64,000 nt of DNA from Acinetobacter phage Ab15. Below the pieces are notes generated by a model, which saw nothing but the letters and a program-made list of their open reading frames with translations, ran no database searches and was not told the DNA's origin. A program made the position numbers and the translations under genes. The stretch is taken from the sequence record PP763259.1. One strand, written 5' to 3'. How positions within the stretch are numbered: position 1 is the first letter of the stretch; the number at the start of each line of letters is the position of its first letter. Positions 60,493 to 64,000 of this stretch are shown here, piece by piece.

Positions 60493-61209
60493 ATGTTTAA
60501 AGGTTTTTTAACAGATGTAGCAAAAGAAGCTGGTGTTGGTCCTGCAATTCTTTTAAATCAGTTGCACCAATGGGTTAAGTCTACTGGAAACCAGAAGATT
60601 TACCGTTCTAATGCTCAATTATCTGAAGACCTTGATGGAGTTCTTTCAGTAGCAGCTATTCAACGTCATAAGGTAAAACTGATTGAATGTGGATACATTA
60701 TCGTTTCTCACGATAAAGGAACTATTCGTACTACTACTTACCAATTAACTGAGAAAGCTTTGAAATCTTTAGGTGCTTTCTTTGACAAAGCTAAAGACAA
60801 AGTTAAACAAGCCTTCCAACCTAAAAAACCTAAACAACAAGTTCCAGCACAACCTAAAGAGGAACCAGTAAAGCAAAGCACTGAGAAACCAACCTCTATG
60901 GAAGAAGAGTTTAAGAAAGCTGGTCAAGAACGTAAGGACCTCCCTAGAGGTTGCCCTAAAGAACTTCTTAAAGGTATCTTTATGAGTGCTAAGAAAGAAG
61001 AGGAAAAACAAGAAGATGTTGTTTATGAGGACAATTCTGAAGAGTTATTTGGAAAGAAATTCGAAAGTGAAGACTTGAGTGATGAAGAAATCTTTGATAA
61101 AATGAGTAAAACTCTTGGTGGTTTATTTAAGACTATCCCTAATGTGGATAAAAGAAATTCAAACCTTCAATCTATGACTAACTTTGGTAACTTTCGAGAA
61201 GAGTACTAA
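60493..61209 (+). CDS. putative winged-helix DNA-binding protein (replication-initiator candidate) with acidic/basic low-complexity C-half
   Basis: 238 aa. The N-terminal ~90 aa look like a helix-turn-helix or winged helix. It lies downstream of the direct repeats and upstream of the primase. Confidence 0.4.
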   Translation: MFKGFLTDVAKEAGVGPAILLNQLHQWVKSTGNQKIYRSNAQLSEDLDGVLSVAAIQRHKVKLIECGYIIVSHDKGTIRTTTYQLTEKALKSLGAFFDKAKDKVKQAFQPKKPKQQVPAQPKEEPVKQSTEKPTSMEEEFKKAGQERKDLPRGCPKELLKGIFMSAKKEEEKQEDVVYEDNSEELFGKKFESEDLSDEEIFDKMSKTLGGLFKTIPNVDKRNSNLQSMTNFGNFREEY

Positions 61210-61241
61210 GGCTTATTGATTAATAATCGGAGAAATCGATA

Positions 61242-61865
61242 ATGACTAAACATAAAATCGGAAAACCTGATTTCTGTCAGAATTATCCTGAATTAAATAA
61301 AGCTTTTGAGGAAGAGCTTCAGAGTCTATGCCGTGAAGAAGACGAACAGACTGTGAACATTAGGAAAGCTTTCGAAAATTTCAAACAATTCCTAACACAA
61401 GCTATTTATGGGACCACTGAGTGTGTAGACCCTAGAGTTCGTGTGTTGGCACAGGCTGGATATGGTTTTGGTACTAAGAATTGGCGTTTTTATTATGAAG
61501 ATATTTTAGAAAATGCTCTTGAGTATGCCCGTGAAAAACTGAGTGCTGATGAGTATGAAGATGTTCGTGCAATGAAGGAAACTTTCTTAGGTGAGGACTT
61601 GATAGAGCAGCACTGTCAAGATATGCTAAGAGAATTTTACGGATATGATTACAAAGTTTATTGTTCAGAGTTTTACCGCTACTTTATACGAGATATGAGT
61701 TTAGTTGAAGAGGCTTATTTCTTTACTTTTGCAAATGTTGCTGGTTGGGGTGTTTGGTTTATTGTTAAATTACTTATTGGTATTCCTTGGGCAATTCTAG
61801 TTTTTGTACTTTATGTAGTTTTTGGAGGCTTGGAAAGGATTTATAATATTCTTTTTAAAAAGTAG
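61242..61865 (+). CDS. C-terminally membrane-anchored protein
   Basis: 207 aa with a C-terminal double TM (WGVWFIVKLLIGIPWAILVFVLYVVFGG). Confidence 0.5.
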   Translation: MTKHKIGKPDFCQNYPELNKAFEEELQSLCREEDEQTVNIRKAFENFKQFLTQAIYGTTECVDPRVRVLAQAGYGFGTKNWRFYYEDILENALEYAREKLSADEYEDVRAMKETFLGEDLIEQHCQDMLREFYGYDYKVYCSEFYRYFIRDMSLVEEAYFFTFANVAGWGVWFIVKLLIGIPWAILVFVLYVVFGGLERIYNILFKK

Positions 61866-61962
61866 TTGACATTATTTTCTACCTGATCTAATATACACAC
61901 ATCAGGTAGAAGGTATAGATACCTAAAAATTAATAAACGAGATATCCTAAGAGGAAACTTAA

Positions 61963-62454
61963 ATGAAAGCGATTGTTAGTTCATCTTTAAAGGCACAAGA
62001 AGTTCGCTCTAAGCGTGAAAACTTGGAGTTTAAATCAAATGGGACTACGTTGTATCGTTCACTTGAAAAAATGTTCAAGATTCGTGATGCACTTGCTGAT
62101 GCTAAAGCAACTATTGCTGAAGTAACTGGTGAGAAATACATGATCGTTACAGCCGATGAAGCGATCAGTATTTATGAAAATAACAAATCATCATTTACAA
62201 GTTTTACTTTTGTAAAGATTTCTGATTGCACATTACGTACAATTTCTACTCGACAAACTGATATTGGTGTGTCTGGCACTGCTCGTCCAAGTAAAAACAA
62301 AGATCAATATAATGTCTTTGATACTAACTTGGCTAAGAAAATGATCAAAGAAGGTCGTAAAGAAGAAGTTGAAAGTGGTGGTGCATGGCGTTCATTTAAC
62401 AAGAAATCACTTGTTAGTATGCGACACAATGGTATAACTTATTTGATTGCATAA
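61963..62454 (+). CDS. hypothetical protein
   Basis: 163 aa. Confidence 0.5.
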   Translation: MKAIVSSSLKAQEVRSKRENLEFKSNGTTLYRSLEKMFKIRDALADAKATIAEVTGEKYMIVTADEAISIYENNKSSFTSFTFVKISDCTLRTISTRQTDIGVSGTARPSKNKDQYNVFDTNLAKKMIKEGRKEEVESGGAWRSFNKKSLVSMRHNGITYLIA

Positions 62455-62533
62455 GTTAAAGAATCAATTAAAACTTAGAAATTAATTTAACAAGAGTCAT
62501 CCAAAAGGTGCTCTTGTTTTTCGTCTTTATAAA

Positions 62534-62833
62534 ATGGAGAAAAAGATGGTATTTGAAATTGGAATTCTTAGAGAAGCTTTGCAAGGTATCAGGAAGGCAA
62601 AAATGAAAGTGAGACTTGATCCGTATATTAGCGAGGAAGAGTGCATCGAAATTCTTGAGGAACTTAATCTTGCAGAGATGGTGCACATGTCTCTCATTGC
62701 AACAATGCATGAGCAGCAACAAGTTGTGTCTGGAAAAGGAATTATAAAAGGGACTAAGACACCAAAAGAAATTTTAGATCAACTTCGAGAGAAATCACCA
62801 GAGGATTCTAAAGTAATTTTACCAGATAATTAA
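62534..62833 (+). CDS. hypothetical protein
   Basis: 99 aa. Confidence 0.45.
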   Translation: MEKKMVFEIGILREALQGIRKAKMKVRLDPYISEEECIEILEELNLAEMVHMSLIATMHEQQQVVSGKGIIKGTKTPKEILDQLREKSPEDSKVILPDN

Positions 62834-62846
62834 AAGGAGGAAAACT

Positions 62847-64000
62847 GTGCAATATGAAGGATTCAAAATAAAAGGTGGAACTTACCAAAATTTTGATGTG
62901 AGTGATTTAGATTTTAGCCATGAACACAAAACAACCTGCCCTAAATGTAAATCTAAAGGTAAGGACCGTTCTGGGAATAACTTTCATATTTACTCTCCAG
63001 ATGAATTAGGTAGACCGAGTGGTGGTAAGTGTTGGGCTGCTGGTTGTGGATTTCGTATCTTAAGCGCTGAAATTATCGGTGAGCTAGAGGCTACAGGAAA
63101 TGGTCATGGTAAATATGAGTTAACAGAAGAGGAAAAAGCTGAATTAAAGACACAACAGCTTTTAAGGAAATCTCAAAGGAATAAGGAGAAGGCATTGGAA
63201 AAGGCATTATCTAGGGAAGATTTTTTGTCGATTTGGCAAAGCACTGGATCTGACCCTAAAGGTTGGAGAGGTTTGACAAAAGAAACCTGTGATGATTTAA
63301 AAATCCGATTCCGATATAATGAGGATGATGGTAAGCCAAACTCAATGTTGGTCCCAACCTTTATGCCTATGGAGGATGGCGCTAAGGCTGTACCAGTGGG
63401 TTATAAGATTCGAGTATTCCCTAAAGACTTCTCTCATTCAGTTGGTGCTTTTGGTAAAGCTACTGATTTGATTGGTATGGCAAAATTCCACAGCCATAAC
63501 AAAACTTTAGTGATTACTGCTGGTGAAGTTGACTGGGCTTCAGCTTATCAGATGTACAAGGCTAAGAAACCTGAACGTTATATTCCAGCTATTGCAACCT
63601 CACCACTGGGTGAAGAGGGAACCTTACAGCACTTCTTGGAGAACCCTAGAAACTATGAGTTCTTCATGCAGTTTGATAAGGTTATCTTGTGCTTAGACTC
63701 TGATGATGCTGGCTTAAAGGCTATGGAATCATTTGCCGAGAAGATGCCTAGAGAGAAGCTTTGGAAGGTTCAACTACGTTACAAAGATGTAAATGAGTAT
63801 CTTGTACAAGGTAAGTATCAAGAGTTTGTCGATGATGTTGAGTTTAAGGCCAAACCATGTCATGATTCCTTGATCATTGGTTCTGGTGGTTGGCAAGTTG
63901 CCATTAAGCGTGAAATTAGTGTGGAGAAGTTGCAATTACCTCCAATGTTGTGTAGACTAGAGAAATCTATAAAAGGTGGTTTCCCAATGGGTCGTATTGT
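62847..64000 (+). CDS. DNA primase (zinc-binding plus TOPRIM), probably primase-helicase; 3' end outside window
   Basis: It has a GTG start behind aaggagg. A zinc finger TCPKCKS…GKCWAAGCGF is followed by a TOPRIM region (LVITAGEVDWASAY…LCLDSDDAG). The ORF is still open at 64000. Confidence 0.65.
   Translation, partial: MQYEGFKIKGGTYQNFDVSDLDFSHEHKTTCPKCKSKGKDRSGNNFHIYSPDELGRPSGGKCWAAGCGFRILSAEIIGELEATGNGHGKYELTEEEKAELKTQQLLRKSQRNKEKALEKALSREDFLSIWQSTGSDPKGWRGLTKETCDDLKIRFRYNEDDGKPNSMLVPTFMPMEDGAKAVPVGYKIRVFPKDFSHSVGAFGKATDLIGMAKFHSHNKTLVITAGEVDWASAYQMYKAKKPERYIPAIATSPLGEEGTLQHFLENPRNYEFFMQFDKVILCLDSDDAGLKAMESFAEKMPREKLWKVQLRYKDVNEYLVQGKYQEFVDDVEFKAKPCHDSLIIGSGGWQVAIKREISVEKLQLPPMLCRLEKSIKGGFPMGRI

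Noticed and set aside
1-64000. Looked for a CRISPR array, a reverse transcriptase (retron/DGR) or an integrase/attachment site
   Set aside because: No regularly spaced identical repeats were seen. No RT motifs (YxDD) appeared in any long ORF. No tyrosine or serine recombinase was found. The element looks strictly lytic.

Overview
This window is a segment of a large virulent tailed-phage genome. GC content is low (roughly high-30s %). The host is probably Gram-negative, because an embedded Rz/Rz1-type spanin pair with a lipobox is present. Genes are in strand-pure blocks.

- **1–4737 (+):** small early genes. These include a strongly acidic, Ocr-like protein as the first gene behind a consensus sigma70-like promoter.
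- **5149–19183 (−):** about 14 kb of roughly 40 small accessory or host-takeover genes. They include an HNH-AP2 homing endonuclease, five tandem paralogues sharing an SH3-like N-domain, a lambda-type Ser/Thr phosphatase, a P-loop NTPase and several translationally coupled zinc-ribbon mini-proteins.
- **19200–19650:** a divergent promoter region rich in short repeats, including a recurring ggataacc motif.
- **19655–24891 (+):** a zinc-finger protein, the embedded i-/o-spanin pair, a 907-aa tailspike carrying an exact 39-nt tandem duplication, a 2-TM holin candidate and a SleB-type cell-wall hydrolase.
- **24900–29740:** a tRNA cluster with at least 15 recognisable tRNAs. It contains two long ORF-free segments that look like structured RNA. 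There are atypical type-I tRNAs with UAG/UAA anticodons, an inserted HNH homing endonuclease and a thioredoxin.
- **30204–54747 (+):** a complete myovirus-like morphogenesis module. It runs terminase large subunit, portal, S49/ClpP-like protease-scaffold, decoration protein, major capsid, connectors, sheath-like protein, three paralogous tube proteins, a chaperone with a -1 frameshift extension, tape measure, gpV/gpW/gpJ-type baseplate, a collagen-like tail fiber and a PG-binding GH24 endolysin.
- **54805–59862 (−):** a ribonucleotide reductase large subunit interrupted by a LAGLIDADG intein at the catalytic NLC|QEV site. It is followed by an nrdB split into two out-of-frame ORFs by about 390 nt of structured non-coding DNA, a candidate group I intron.
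- **60000–64000 (+):** an origin-like repeat region, a winged-helix initiator candidate, and the N-terminal zinc-finger/TOPRIM part of a primase(-helicase) that runs off the window.

No CRISPR array, reverse transcriptase or integrase was seen. The overall architecture resembles FelixO1-like myoviruses: a tRNA cluster, many homing endonucleases, RNR and a lambda-type phosphatase. That comparison is from memory only, and no database search was possible.
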